Shown here: one piece after another, positions 27,965-38,597 of the stretch
How the letters are laid out: each line of letters opens with the position of its first letter
How positions within the stretch are numbered: position 1 is the first letter of the stretch
Virus record (IMG/VR): IMGVR_UViG_3300044878_000082
Span: 32,001-96,000 of that record
DNA: 64,000 nucleotides
Source of the DNA: a virus
Direction: 5' to 3' (one strand)
Notes under the pieces: generated by a model
The model's database searches: none
What the model was told of the DNA's origin: nothing
The model's input: the letters and a program-made list of their open reading frames with translations, nothing else
Translations under genes and position numbers: made by a program

Positions 27965-29512
27965 TTAGGCGAGTTCAGACATCATCTTCTTGGAGTCAGC
28001 CAGTTTACTGAGAGGGTGGGTGATGTGATCGCCCCACTCCATCACGGTTGTTTCCATGATACCCACCGCACGAATGTACGAGGTAAAGTACTTCACGGGT
28101 TCGTCGTTCATCCACCGAATCACCGCCGCCACTTGACGCTGTACCGAAGGACTAGCCTTCGAGCTGATCGCCCACGCTTGAATACGTTCGTAAACTTCCA
28201 GTACTTTATCGAACTTAGTCAGCGCGTCATCAATCGAACCGTTGAAGTTACTCAGCAGCGTAACTGTAACGATACCAGCCGACGCCTTGGATACTTCCCC
28301 GTACTGTGGGAAACGGATCTTCAATTGTTTGCTGATCTGACTACTGGAGACTGGAATCGAGCTGAACGCAGCGAGTTGCATCAGGTTTGGATTGTGCTCA
28401 CCCACCTTTACCAGAGCCGAACCACACGGCATCGTGTCATCGGTACCAACGAAGCTACGGAAGATCTTGTAGACTTCTGCCCGTTCGGTTTTCGTCTGTT
28501 CCGCTAGATGACGAATCGCGTTGGACTTGGTGCCATCGTACGCAACCCCACTGGTAAATACTTTCTCAGCCTTCAGTGCGATCTTCATCAGCTCAGCCGC
28601 CAACAACTTACCTTGGGAGCGACCTTCTTTACCACGGAAGGCAGTGTCCCAGACCATCTCGTTGACGTCATCATGAGAGATCAGAACGTGGTCTTTGGCG
28701 GTATCGCGGAAGGTTCGTTGACCGTTAGCCGCCATGGCTGTGATCAGTGCGTGTTTAGCGTGACCGATCTGTAACTCGGAGACCGCTTTCACGTCCTTCT
28801 TGCGCATGGCAACAATGTCTTGACCATCGACAGTCATCGGTCGGGACGAGTCCACCGGACCATCGCTGGAACGCACCACAACGTGTGCTGCCGCTGGAGT
28901 GAGCAGTACCAGTTGTTCTGGCTTCTCTTTCCCCAATGGCGTGGTTGCGAGGTTGTCTAGGACGCGTTGTACCGAGGAGACGTCCTTCAGGTGCTTGAGG
29001 AGGTTCTTCTCAGCCAACTTAGAGATCGCCGCATCGTTACCGCCTTCCTTGGCTTTCTCCAGTTGGAACTTGATCTTCTTCTCTTTGCGTTTACCGAACC
29101 CAAAGATCAGGAGAAAGAAGTCACGGATACCACGCAGGATCTTACGGATCAGGGCAACCATCCCTTCCCAGATCTTGGCTATCCCTTGGGCCAGCCCTTC
29201 CATTGAAATCTGGCGACCGTCTTCGTCATTCGCTTCCATCGACGGCGTGCGAATAACCAAACCGATACGCTGGTGTACCGACTGAAACGAGTGACCGATA
29301 AACACGCGGTCCATTCGAGTCAGTTGGCTCGTACCTTCAATGTCGTCGAGGATACTTTCCAGCGTGGCTACAATTTCAGCAGTGGTATCGTGGTCGGCGA
29401 TGGATTGACCAACTTCAATACCTGCAACGGTTACGTCATACTGCGTGTGTTCGACTGAGTCGTCGTGATCAGCGAAGTGTTCCTGATCGAAGTGCTGTGC
29501 GAGGTTGCTCAT
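27965..29512 (-). CDS. probable internal head (ejection) protein precursor
   Basis: acidic N-terminal propeptide, PSME/ISME cleavage motifs, then the amphipathic helix GLAQGIAKIWEGMVALIRKILRGIRDFF typical of phiKZ inner-head paralogues. Confidence 0.75.
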   Translation of the reverse strand: MSNLAQHFDQEHFADHDDSVEHTQYDVTVAGIEVGQSIADHDTTAEIVATLESILDDIEGTSQLTRMDRVFIGHSFQSVHQRIGLVIRTPSMEANDEDGRQISMEGLAQGIAKIWEGMVALIRKILRGIRDFFLLIFGFGKRKEKKIKFQLEKAKEGGNDAAISKLAEKNLLKHLKDVSSVQRVLDNLATTPLGKEKPEQLVLLTPAAAHVVVRSSDGPVDSSRPMTVDGQDIVAMRKKDVKAVSELQIGHAKHALITAMAANGQRTFRDTAKDHVLISHDDVNEMVWDTAFRGKEGRSQGKLLAAELMKIALKAEKVFTSGVAYDGTKSNAIRHLAEQTKTERAEVYKIFRSFVGTDDTMPCGSALVKVGEHNPNLMQLAAFSSIPVSSSQISKQLKIRFPQYGEVSKASAGIVTVTLLSNFNGSIDDALTKFDKVLEVYERIQAWAISSKASPSVQRQVAAVIRWMNDEPVKYFTSYIRAVGIMETTVMEWGDHITHPLSKLADSKKMMSELA

Positions 29513-29524
29513 GTCTAGATTCCA

Positions 29525-30202
29525 TTAGGCGATGAACTTCTGTCCACGCACGTATTTTTCTTGTACCTTCGCCGCACATTCTGCTTTGGTGACGAGGCCG
29601 TCCTTGTTGATGTCAAGACCCTTGTTCTGAACGTACGCAGTAGGGCGCACTTTCTGATCAAAGATCACGAATTCTTCTGGCTTACCCACAGCCGCTGGCC
29701 AGAGGATACGCATGTACACGTCGCTGAGGGTCTTCAGCTTACCCTTGTACGGTTTGAAGAAGTTGTACACGTACTCGAGCTGCTCCAACGCGGTCATCTT
29801 GAGCAGAGCCTCGACCGTAGTGCCTGCATCTTTGGCTGCGGCGTCACCGAACTGGATCAAACCATAGTAAGGGGCGCCAGCGCCGTTCTTGATCGTCGGT
29901 GAGAAGGTTTCACCGGTTTCGAAGGCCATACTCGCCATCAACCAGTTAGGCCCCTCAGGAGGCATCTCAAGAGCTTTGGCGATAGTCCGTACTCGGAGTA
30001 CGAATTCTTTCGGGACTTTGGTAGCCCAGATAATGCGGGTGGCGTCAAATTCAGGATACACGACTTTATCTCCTTGTGACTTGTCCCAAGCCGCTTGACT
30101 CTGAGGTCCCCAGATACCGTCGATGATCCCTTCATACAGACCCAGTTCTTTCAGTTTGCGCTGCTTCTCTTTAATAGCGCCTTTGTCTACGACTTGAAAC
30201 AT
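29525..30202 (-). CDS. modular endolysin (PG-binding domain plus lysozyme/SLT-like domain)
   Basis: QRKLKELGLYEGIIDGIWGPQS (PG-binding); LMASMAFETG...YYGLIQF; LDINKDGLVTKAE. Confidence 0.9.
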   Translation of the reverse strand: MFQVVDKGAIKEKQRKLKELGLYEGIIDGIWGPQSQAAWDKSQGDKVVYPEFDATRIIWATKVPKEFVLRVRTIAKALEMPPEGPNWLMASMAFETGETFSPTIKNGAGAPYYGLIQFGDAAAKDAGTTVEALLKMTALEQLEYVYNFFKPYKGKLKTLSDVYMRILWPAAVGKPEEFVIFDQKVRPTAYVQNKGLDINKDGLVTKAECAAKVQEKYVRGQKFIA

Positions 30203-30277
30203 TGTGGTCACCTTGATGGGGTATTTAGAACTTACATAACATGGCCGCATAAGAGGAGGACCGAAGTCCTCCTCCTT

Positions 30278-30733
30278 TTATGCCGTTGGACCGAGTAGTC
30301 GACCGGGTACCAAACCAGTACTGGCGATGAGGTAACCCACGTTGACGATGGACCGACCGGGTGCAGCACCTGGACCGTAGAAGTTTTGGGAGCTACCAAT
30401 AGAGCCCCCAGATGCACCGGGTTGACCGAGGTCACCACCTTTACCTTGGTAGGGGTTGTCGTAACTGGTGAGACCACCAGCCGTCTCCGTACCATTGTAA
30501 CCTACGTATCGGTAGTTCGCTGACCACGTAACGTCCCCGCCGGCCCCTGGGTTGATGCCAGCACCTCCGCCGCCAGGACAGTTGTTACTGTTACTACCAC
30601 CGGTCTCACCAGAACCCCCACCTCCGCCACCACCACCACCGATGTAACCGTTGTTGGTGATCGTCGTAGGGAACTCGAGCAACAAAGCATCGCTCCCAGG
30701 TTGAGCTGGCACAACTGTAAACTGATAACCCAT
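30278..30733 (-). CDS. glycine-rich adhesin, C-terminal half (T-even gp38-like polyglycine region)
   Basis: DALLLEFPTTITNNGYIGGGGGGGGG...GGGAG...GKGGDLGQPG; strong GGAGGAGG SD. Confidence 0.7.
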   Translation of the reverse strand: MGYQFTVVPAQPGSDALLLEFPTTITNNGYIGGGGGGGGGSGETGGSNSNNCPGGGGAGINPGAGGDVTWSANYRYVGYNGTETAGGLTSYDNPYQGKGGDLGQPGASGGSIGSSQNFYGPGAAPGRSIVNVGYLIASTGLVPGRLLGPTA

Positions 30734-30747
30734 TACAACCTCCTCCC

Positions 30748-31164
30748 TTAGTGAGTACCACGGTCAGGTTCGTGTGGTGTACCTGTCCGGGTCACGTTAC
30801 CACCCTTACCACCAGCACCTTCAATGTAACCGTTGTTGATGATGGTTAGGGTAGAACCGGCTGGGAAGCCACCAGTCCGCAATGCAAAGTTACCCGGCGT
30901 CCCACCAATCTTACCGTTGTTGATAAAGATAAAATTGCTAGGTGACTGTGGATAACCAAAGCACGCAGCGATGTTCATGTTGTATCCGTACCCAACGTGG
31001 GTATAGATCTGTGCACCTGGCCAGACTTCTTTCCAAGTAGACGCATCAACCTTGACCATCACACGCTTGGCTTTGTACCAGTTGTTGTCACCCAGTTTAA
31101 TGAACGGAGTTTTGACTGGAGTGAAGACCCCTGGGGATAACTTGACCGCAATTTTCTGTGTCAT
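30748..31164 (-). CDS. tail-fibre tip/adhesin, N-terminal half
   Basis: WYKAKRVMVKVDASTWKEVW attachment-like motif; TLTIINNGYIEGAGGKGG. Confidence 0.7.
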   Translation of the reverse strand: MTQKIAVKLSPGVFTPVKTPFIKLGDNNWYKAKRVMVKVDASTWKEVWPGAQIYTHVGYGYNMNIAACFGYPQSPSNFIFINNGKIGGTPGNFALRTGGFPAGSTLTIINNGYIEGAGGKGGNVTRTGTPHEPDRGTH

Positions 31165-31179
31165 CGGACAGGCCTTTTA

Positions 31180-32796
31180 TCAGTAGGTGAACCAGACATC
31201 ACCTACAGCACCCCAGGCGCCGTTAGGGTCAGCCGTGGAGATCAGGAGGGCACGTTTACCCATGGTGCCGACTTGGTTATACGCAGCAGCCAAGATCGAC
31301 GCAGTGGTGTTACCTTCCAGTGCAGCAGCGTTCACTGCGGTACCGTTAGCAGGCAGACGCAGACCCACGAGATAGTTCACGTCAGCCACCGTATACGCAC
31401 CCACCATCGCAGCGGTTGTCCCGTGTGGGTTACCGGATACAATCTTGGCGTGAGCATCCATAGCAGCAGTCTGGAACGCAATGGCCTGAGCAGTGAGCAA
31501 CGGCGTCATGTACTTGGTGTTGATCGTGCCCGCTTGTGCTTCAGCAGTCGATGCTACACCGTAGTCCAACACGTTACCCAACCCTACTTGCGCCTTGGTA
31601 GTTGCGTGCGGGTTGTTGGTGTTGGTGATGTGGTTGTTCAACGGAACCAAGGCTTGTTGAGCAATCGCCTGAGCAGTCCGCAGTGGAGTCATATACTTCA
31701 GGTTCGAAGTACCGGCCTCCGCTTCAGCTTGCACCGCGAGATCGTAGTTCTGCACGCTACCGAGTCCCACTTGCGCTTTAGTCGTGTTGTGGGGGTTGGT
31801 CTGGTCGTTGATGTGCGTGTTCAGCGGCACGACTGCTTGAGCCGTAATCGCTTGCTTCGTGGTCAACGGCGTGAGGTAACGATCGGAACGAGTCCCTGCT
31901 TCCGCTTCAGCTTGGGTGGCTGGCTGGTAGTTTTCTACCAAGCTCAGACCAACCTGTGCTTTAGTCGTAGCGTGAGGGTTCGTCTTGTCCGCGATGTGTG
32001 CGTTGAGTGGTGCCAGTGCTTGAGTGGCGATCGCTTGTGCTGTGAGCAGCGGAGTCATGTACTTATTGTTAACAGTACCGGCCTGTGCTTCAGCAGTGGT
32101 AGCAATCGCGTAGTTCTGTACCAACCCCAAGCCTACTTGCGCCTGCGTTACCGCGTGCGGGTTAGCCTTGTTGTTCTCGTGCGCTTCGAAGTCAGCCCGT
32201 TGCTCAGTGATCTGTGCTTGGAGCAAACCGTCCTGGTAGTTGATGAACTGACGCAATTCATCGTGAGCAGCTTCGTCGCCGATCAGGATAGCGTTACGCA
32301 GTGCATCCAACGCTTCCACGAGGTATTCGAAACCGTACAGGTCACCGATGTCGTGGAGGTGAGGAGCAGGAGGGAAAGCGGTGGGTTTACCGAGAATGGA
32401 ACCCCACTCCACTGCACGCTCGTCGATGTCGAGGTTCTCGATCATCTTCGCCAAGGCCGAAGCCGAGGTACTGAACACACCACCAACTACTTGGTAAGTG
32501 AACAGCAAGCTATCCCGGACAGCAGGATCAGTGACCACAACGACGGCACAAATCTCTTTGTCCATCGCCAGTGTGGCATCTTGTTGCAGTTGTGCTGCGA
32601 TGTAGTGAACACCCTTGGTGAGCACCCGACCGGTCGCCGCCTCAGTGACAATCATCGACTCTGTGAAGTAAGAGCCGTAGTTGGGAACGAATGCCCGGTT
32701 ACGAGCAGGTCCCAAGTCATGAGGTTCGTTGATGACCAGGTTGTTCGGGTTGATCCCGGTAGGGTCTTCTGGGTACTTGAGAATGATTGTGCCCAT
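31180..32796 (-). CDS. tail fibre protein with NPH repeats (phiKZ gp146-like)
   Basis: YPEDPTGINPNN N-terminus; four ~59-aa HxxxxxNPHxxTKAQVGLGxVxNY...KYMTPL repeats; ends GDVWFTY. Confidence 0.85.
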   Translation of the reverse strand: MGTIILKYPEDPTGINPNNLVINEPHDLGPARNRAFVPNYGSYFTESMIVTEAATGRVLTKGVHYIAAQLQQDATLAMDKEICAVVVVTDPAVRDSLLFTYQVVGGVFSTSASALAKMIENLDIDERAVEWGSILGKPTAFPPAPHLHDIGDLYGFEYLVEALDALRNAILIGDEAAHDELRQFINYQDGLLQAQITEQRADFEAHENNKANPHAVTQAQVGLGLVQNYAIATTAEAQAGTVNNKYMTPLLTAQAIATQALAPLNAHIADKTNPHATTKAQVGLSLVENYQPATQAEAEAGTRSDRYLTPLTTKQAITAQAVVPLNTHINDQTNPHNTTKAQVGLGSVQNYDLAVQAEAEAGTSNLKYMTPLRTAQAIAQQALVPLNNHITNTNNPHATTKAQVGLGNVLDYGVASTAEAQAGTINTKYMTPLLTAQAIAFQTAAMDAHAKIVSGNPHGTTAAMVGAYTVADVNYLVGLRLPANGTAVNAAALEGNTTASILAAAYNQVGTMGKRALLISTADPNGAWGAVGDVWFTY

Positions 32797-32817
32797 GATT
32801 ACCTATTCCTTAATTGT

Positions 32818-35259
32818 TCAAAGAGCGGTGATCGTTCCGTCGGCATTCAGGTAGAACCTAGCCCCGGTTTCCGCATTCACCATGGTACGTGGAGCACCAA
32901 ACACGTCCTGAGCTTTCAACCCAGGAAGCAACGCCCACACCCCGTTTGAGTAACGGTAAACTTTGTTCGATGCCACGTCGACCACGATGTCAAACAACGT
33001 ACCACCCTTGAAGGATCGCAGGTTGAAGTAAGACGCCGGTTGCGAGATGTTCAAGAACCCCCATGGCTTGGCACCACGGAACTGAGCAGCTAACCCTGTT
33101 TGTGGCAAGGTGTAGTTGATCGTTGTAGCCGGATCTAACAACAGCGAGTTCCACTGACTGGTGGTGATCTTGAAGTTGTCGCCGTTCCGAATAGCCTTCA
33201 CTCGAATCGAGCGACCGCGCCAACCACCATCGGTTGGGAAGTTCGGGTTCGAGTACCACGGGATCGCACTGTTCTGTGCCACCACACCCGCAGCCGCAGA
33301 GAACGTTTGGATCGTCAACGGAGCCACCACAGCGGGGAACCCACCCATGCTCACGTTGAAGGTCAGCCGGTTGTTCACCCCACCAGATCGGTTAAAGGCC
33401 AACACCAAACCGTTCATGTCATCGTCAGCGTTATCTGACTTAATGACCACGTCGATCTCGTAGTTGTCTACCGATTCTGGAGAGACGAAACCTACCCAGT
33501 TAGCCGTGTTCAATGGCATCACCGCAGCCTGCTTAGCGTCGTCCCAAACCCACGCCGCAGCTTCACCCGTAGCACCCACCCCTTGCGGGAAGTACTCGTT
33601 GTTGGAGAAGCGGTCCCAGGTATTGAAGACCGTGGCTTGTGATGGCGGCACCAGACGACTCATCGCATCCGCAGCCAAAGGCCCCGAAGGATAGATGTAG
33701 GCATTCATGGTGGGGAGATCCAACTTGTCCGTCAACCACTGACGCAACGTAATCAAGTTCCGAGCCGAGTCACCCGAGAGGTAGTTCTGAAGGTGTGAGT
33801 AGTCCAAGTTCATCTGACCCACTGCAACCTTCATCACGTCTCGAGCAGGGATCGAACCAAAGCCGTCAGCTTGGAGTTTCTTGATCAACGTCGGGAGTTG
33901 CACCGAACCTGTAGGATCAGGTTGGTAACGGTTCACCGGAAGCTGACGAGAGAACTGGAACGGACTGGTGATGCGTACGTTAAACACGTCACCTTTCTTC
34001 ACGGGGACAAACTGACTACCACCAGCGTACCACGATTCCGAAGAACCCAGTGCGTCAGTGAAATCCAGTTCAGCCACTCGTGTCGAGTTGAGCAACACGT
34101 CCCCTTCAATCGTCCCCAGTCCAGCGCCCACAACCTCAACCGAGAACGTACGAGAGTTACTGAAGCCCGCAGGCAACGAGTTGATCTCTACCCCGTTACC
34201 GTCCAAGATCTTGAGCAACTGTCCCGTGGCGATCACGTAGACAAAGCTGTACAGCTCGATCGCACCATTCTTGAGTACCGCAATCGCCTTAACAGTGTTG
34301 ACACCGTTGTTAGCAATCGACACTCCGGGAATGTCTGCCGCTGTCCATTTCTGGAACGTTGGTAGAATCACCTTAGACTCCGAACCACCCGCAGCAATGT
34401 TCTCTGCGTTGGTCATCCCAGCGTACAGTGGATGGTCGCCATAGTTAGCACGAATGAAACCCACGTTCACTGGAGTGCGGTCGTAGTTACCGTTGAAGAA
34501 CGCACCGAAGTTCGCAGCAATCCGGTTAGCCGTGGCGTAGAAGCCCGTACCGTCTGGATGTACCCGAACCTTGTTGATGTCGGTGAACGCTGTCGAACCG
34601 TGGTCGGTGATGAACGCAATCCCATTGCCATTCTGACGATAGGTTGCAAAGTCAGTGATCGCCGAGTTCGTGATCAAGTCAGCGTTGGTGGCTTGGTAAG
34701 CCGTGGAGAAGAACACCACACAGCAGTACTGATCCAGTTCCGCCAGCGTCGGGTTCAACTGACCACCCGCGTAGTCACTCACGTCTTTGAAGGTCGGGGT
34801 GTAACCAGCGATCGCACAGATGTTGGTCATGGAAGTGAAGAAGCCGTTAGCAGCCGTACTCTTCACTGGGTAAGGACCTGTGGAGATGATGTCACCCATC
34901 ACCAACACCTTCTTGTTACCAGCCGCTACTTTCGCAGGGTTGGCACAGAAGTTCAGTGCGTTGTACATGTACTTCCACTGGGCAGCCAAACTCGCAAACG
35001 GAGTACCCGGAGCTGGACCTACGTTGTTGTAGAACTTTGGAAACCCGCCGTCGTAAACAACGTTCCCTGTCCCGTCTTGCGTCACCGCAATAAAAGGATT
35101 AGGAGGCACCAAGGTGTCGTAAGCGATGTACTTCGAGATCGCCGGAGCTGGACCATTCTGGTTGAAGCTAACGAAGTCGACGTCAGACGACAGCACCCAG
35201 CCCGCGTTCTGTGCTTCGAGGTAATACCCAGGAGGAACGCTTAGTGCTAAGTTAGCCAT
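32818..35259 (-). CDS. tail-associated protein (phiKZ gp145-like) with putative C-terminal lectin-like domain
   Basis: VVYDGGFPKFYN, FITDHG and YGDHPLY; C-terminal NYEIDVVIKSDNADDDMNGLVLAF. Confidence 0.75.
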   Translation of the reverse strand: MANLALSVPPGYYLEAQNAGWVLSSDVDFVSFNQNGPAPAISKYIAYDTLVPPNPFIAVTQDGTGNVVYDGGFPKFYNNVGPAPGTPFASLAAQWKYMYNALNFCANPAKVAAGNKKVLVMGDIISTGPYPVKSTAANGFFTSMTNICAIAGYTPTFKDVSDYAGGQLNPTLAELDQYCCVVFFSTAYQATNADLITNSAITDFATYRQNGNGIAFITDHGSTAFTDINKVRVHPDGTGFYATANRIAANFGAFFNGNYDRTPVNVGFIRANYGDHPLYAGMTNAENIAAGGSESKVILPTFQKWTAADIPGVSIANNGVNTVKAIAVLKNGAIELYSFVYVIATGQLLKILDGNGVEINSLPAGFSNSRTFSVEVVGAGLGTIEGDVLLNSTRVAELDFTDALGSSESWYAGGSQFVPVKKGDVFNVRITSPFQFSRQLPVNRYQPDPTGSVQLPTLIKKLQADGFGSIPARDVMKVAVGQMNLDYSHLQNYLSGDSARNLITLRQWLTDKLDLPTMNAYIYPSGPLAADAMSRLVPPSQATVFNTWDRFSNNEYFPQGVGATGEAAAWVWDDAKQAAVMPLNTANWVGFVSPESVDNYEIDVVIKSDNADDDMNGLVLAFNRSGGVNNRLTFNVSMGGFPAVVAPLTIQTFSAAAGVVAQNSAIPWYSNPNFPTDGGWRGRSIRVKAIRNGDNFKITTSQWNSLLLDPATTINYTLPQTGLAAQFRGAKPWGFLNISQPASYFNLRSFKGGTLFDIVVDVASNKVYRYSNGVWALLPGLKAQDVFGAPRTMVNAETGARFYLNADGTITAL

Positions 35260-35269
35260 GGCTTACTCC

Positions 35270-35644
35270 TCAGGGCAGTCTCGGGACGTCAATTCGAACG
35301 TGTACGTCAATCGACACGTCGCTGATATTCACCACGCGAATGTATCGGTTAGCTCGGACCGCGTGAACCACCGTGGTCTCAGAGTTGATGTACATGTTCA
35401 GTGTAGAAGAAGCCGGCACCACGTCCTTGATACGCACCGTGACTTGAGCAGCGTCTTTATCAAACACTGCGTGCTTGGTACCCAAAAGGGTTTGCAAGTC
35501 GTACTCTTTGTTGGCCCCAGCGGCAATGGTTACAAACTCAGACACCGTACGTTTGTGAACGTGGTGAACCAAGTCAGTCACTACCGATAGGGCCGTATCA
35601 ACGCTGTTCTTCAACCCGTTGAGTAAAGCCGCTGTAATTGTCAT
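35270..35644 (-). CDS. small tail-associated protein
   Basis: 124-aa ORF inside the tail-fibre operon. Confidence 0.7.
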   Translation of the reverse strand: MTITAALLNGLKNSVDTALSVVTDLVHHVHKRTVSEFVTIAAGANKEYDLQTLLGTKHAVFDKDAAQVTVRIKDVVPASSTLNMYINSETTVVHAVRANRYIRVVNISDVSIDVHVRIDVPRLP

Positions 35645-35696
35645 GGGTTTATCCTATCGTGCGTATTTTTTTACAGCTCATCACAGGATAAGTCTC

Positions 35697-38555
35697 TTAA
35701 GTCCAACTCAGGGAGTCAGGGTCTGTCGGAGAACCCGTGGAGACCGGAATGGCGGAACCGACCGGCAGATTCGACACACGGTAGTTATCCAAACGGGTCA
35801 CTTTGTTCACGTTGATCGAGGTGATCTTCGTGGCGTCAGTGATCACTTTACCGATGTACATGCACACACTTGATTCAGCTTGAACGGTCTGACTGATCTC
35901 GTATTGCGCAACCCCACCGATCAACTTAACGTAGATGTAGAACGTCTTGTTGGCGTAGGCTCCGAACATGGTGGACAAGTTCAGAGAGGTCGGTAGGAGG
36001 GTGAACGCTTGACCACTGAGCACCACCGGAGTGGCTTCCGTGAAGTACACCACCCAACCCTGTGACACGTCTTGCGACACCAACACCTTAAAGGAGGACT
36101 GTGGTGGGTTACCCGCCCACGCATCGAACTGGGCTTCTGTGGTACCAATCGGAGCAAACACTGACTTGGTCAAGTCGTCCGAGAAGTCCGTAGCCTCAAC
36201 CCCACGCATCTGACCAAACCCGAGAGTCGGCGAAGCGTAGTAGTGATACGTACTGTGGCGCAGGGTGAAGCTGTTCGCCCCGAAGCCTTGGTTGAAGACG
36301 AACTGACCAGAGGTCTTGTTGTACTTAAACCGAAGGGAGAAGTTTGGCGAACTACCCGTCACCGACGTTTGTGGTAATGGGGTCAGACCGATCAAGAACG
36401 CGTTGGCAACCTCGTAGATGATCACACCACCCAACAACGGGATGTCGTTCTGGATGGTAGGAATCCCCGTACCGTAACCAGCGCCGACAATCACAAACTG
36501 TGGAGAGATCGTCCCTAGACTCAAGTCTGTAACCGCTTGGGCGTTACCACCGGTGATGGTGAACGGAACCACCCAAATACACGCCGTGTTATCCGCCAAC
36601 AAAGCTGTCAGCAAACCGAACGGTTTCACCACGGTGTTCTGTGGTACGACCGCTTCGATGTACGTCGCTTTGGCACTACCGATACCCAATGCGGCAATAG
36701 CCAGCGTCTTGAGTTTCGTCAAGGCGGCTTGACTGATCGACACAGCCCCTGAGGACGTGAAGTCGGGGTTTAGAACCTGTTTCCCCGATAACCGGTAGCC
36801 ATCCATGAAACGTGCCCCAGAGAGCTTCACAGTGGCTCCTGAGACCTCCACCACTGGAGCATTAAAGATGTTGGGATCAACACCTTGGTCAGCCACAGTG
36901 CCCCGGACAGCAGAAGGACGGTAGCCAGAGAACGAACCATTGTAGATCGACTGGTACGTGTAGGTCGGTGCAGCCTCGAGATCGGAGAATGCCAAACCTT
37001 CAGCAATCAGACCAGCCTTGTTCAGACCCACGGCACTGATCATCATCCGGGTATCAGACATCGGAATCGGCCCCACCAACTGACCGCCAATCGCAGAACC
37101 GAAGTTGGCGGTCACGTTAACAGAAGCCATGTTCGCCACCGTGTTCTGGAACGACTTCAGGGCTTCGTACTTGTTCGTCCAGTTGGTGATGTCCACTCGA
37201 GTCAGGGTCTGTTGACCAGCAATCTGACCCACTCGGAATTGGAACAACTTCGGCCCACCTTGATAGCAGTTCGAGGCGTAACTGTTCCAAGGGAATGCTG
37301 TACCGTCAGCATAGTTCGCGGTGTTGAATACTGGGCCAGACGGCACAATAGTAGTGCCGTTGTCGTTCACCTTGGATTGGGTGGTGAAGCCTGGGTCCAG
37401 TGAAGCCGTTTTAGTCGCAGGGTCAAACACCCAACTGAACGTGATGTTCGTGTAGCACGCACGGGTGGCGTTGTTGAAGTACGTCATCCCGATTGCTTTC
37501 GTACGGATCTTCCCATCGGGTGCCACCGCAGAAACCAGATAAGGAATCTCGTAGTGGAAAACGTTGGTTGCGAGGTACGTACCGGTCTCCATCAACACGA
37601 GGGGTTTGTCCGCCGCCACGTAGCTGGACAGCTTGTTAGCGAGGCGAATGGTCGCCTGTCCAGTAACCGTCCCGCTGAAACCGTTGACCGTAATACCAGT
37701 CACTTGAGTGTAAGTGACGTTACCGCCCGCTTGAATAGCCGCCACTGGAATCGTGTACACGGCGATGTCAAATGGGTCTTGGTTGGCACCGGCTGGGATA
37801 AACAGGTAGACGAAGGCTCCGGCCACCATGGCCTCACCGCGCCCAAGGTTGTTCCACGCCGCAACAGTGATAATCGCCCCAACATGTTCCCTGTCATCCA
37901 GTGTCCCGTTGGTCAACGAGATGAAGTAATCACCCAGCACACCGTTGGCATCCTGAAGACGACCCATCACCACACTGTCACTACAGTTGATGATGTAAGC
38001 TGCTGTGGTACCGGCTGGGAAATACGTCGGTTGGTAACGACGGTTGGTCTTGATCGGTTGGAGGTTCGCAGTGGTCAGGGCGTCCTTCAAGTAGGCATAG
38101 AAAGCACCGCGAGTAGAACCGTTACCACCGTTACGCAGGTACACCAACGTACCGTCATCCTCCAGCGCCATCGCTGTGTCTTTTGGAGACAGCAACGTAG
38201 TCCCGGATTCAAAGGAACCCGCAACACCAGCCGGCAGATACGACAGTGCCCCGTACCGACTGAGGGGTAGTAAACCCACCGGGATCAACGAGTTCACTTT
38301 GTCAGTGATCTCTGTCTGGCTGTACGCACCAGCCTGTGCGGCTGTAACCGTGTGAGGGTTATTGGTTAAACCGGCGTGGGCAGTCACCACACCTTTTGCT
38401 TGAGCCGATACCTCAGCAAAGGTCTTACCCTCCAGCTTCTGACTGTCATCCGCCAACAGGGTCGGAACTACTCGGCTGACAATCTTGTCTTTCGTGGTTG
38501 CCAAGAAAGCATCTAACGACGCCTTTAGGTCCAAGAGTTGTTGAGTCAGGCTCAT
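35697..38555 (-). CDS. tail fibre/appendage protein, paralogue 1 (long)
   Basis: NPH motif; GLLPLSRYG; C-terminal KVTRLDNYRVSNLPVGSAIPVSTG. Confidence 0.8.
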   Translation of the reverse strand: MSLTQQLLDLKASLDAFLATTKDKIVSRVVPTLLADDSQKLEGKTFAEVSAQAKGVVTAHAGLTNNPHTVTAAQAGAYSQTEITDKVNSLIPVGLLPLSRYGALSYLPAGVAGSFESGTTLLSPKDTAMALEDDGTLVYLRNGGNGSTRGAFYAYLKDALTTANLQPIKTNRRYQPTYFPAGTTAAYIINCSDSVVMGRLQDANGVLGDYFISLTNGTLDDREHVGAIITVAAWNNLGRGEAMVAGAFVYLFIPAGANQDPFDIAVYTIPVAAIQAGGNVTYTQVTGITVNGFSGTVTGQATIRLANKLSSYVAADKPLVLMETGTYLATNVFHYEIPYLVSAVAPDGKIRTKAIGMTYFNNATRACYTNITFSWVFDPATKTASLDPGFTTQSKVNDNGTTIVPSGPVFNTANYADGTAFPWNSYASNCYQGGPKLFQFRVGQIAGQQTLTRVDITNWTNKYEALKSFQNTVANMASVNVTANFGSAIGGQLVGPIPMSDTRMMISAVGLNKAGLIAEGLAFSDLEAAPTYTYQSIYNGSFSGYRPSAVRGTVADQGVDPNIFNAPVVEVSGATVKLSGARFMDGYRLSGKQVLNPDFTSSGAVSISQAALTKLKTLAIAALGIGSAKATYIEAVVPQNTVVKPFGLLTALLADNTACIWVVPFTITGGNAQAVTDLSLGTISPQFVIVGAGYGTGIPTIQNDIPLLGGVIIYEVANAFLIGLTPLPQTSVTGSSPNFSLRFKYNKTSGQFVFNQGFGANSFTLRHSTYHYYASPTLGFGQMRGVEATDFSDDLTKSVFAPIGTTEAQFDAWAGNPPQSSFKVLVSQDVSQGWVVYFTEATPVVLSGQAFTLLPTSLNLSTMFGAYANKTFYIYVKLIGGVAQYEISQTVQAESSVCMYIGKVITDATKITSINVNKVTRLDNYRVSNLPVGSAIPVSTGSPTDPDSLSWT

Positions 38556-38572
38556 TTCGAAATCCTTGTAAG

Positions 38573-38592
38573 AAAAGGGGCCCGAAGGCCCC
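38573..38592 (-). terminator. intrinsic terminator/attenuator
   Basis: GGGGCC-TTCG-GGCCCC-TTTT on the minus strand. Confidence 0.7.
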
Positions 38593-38597
38593 AGTCG

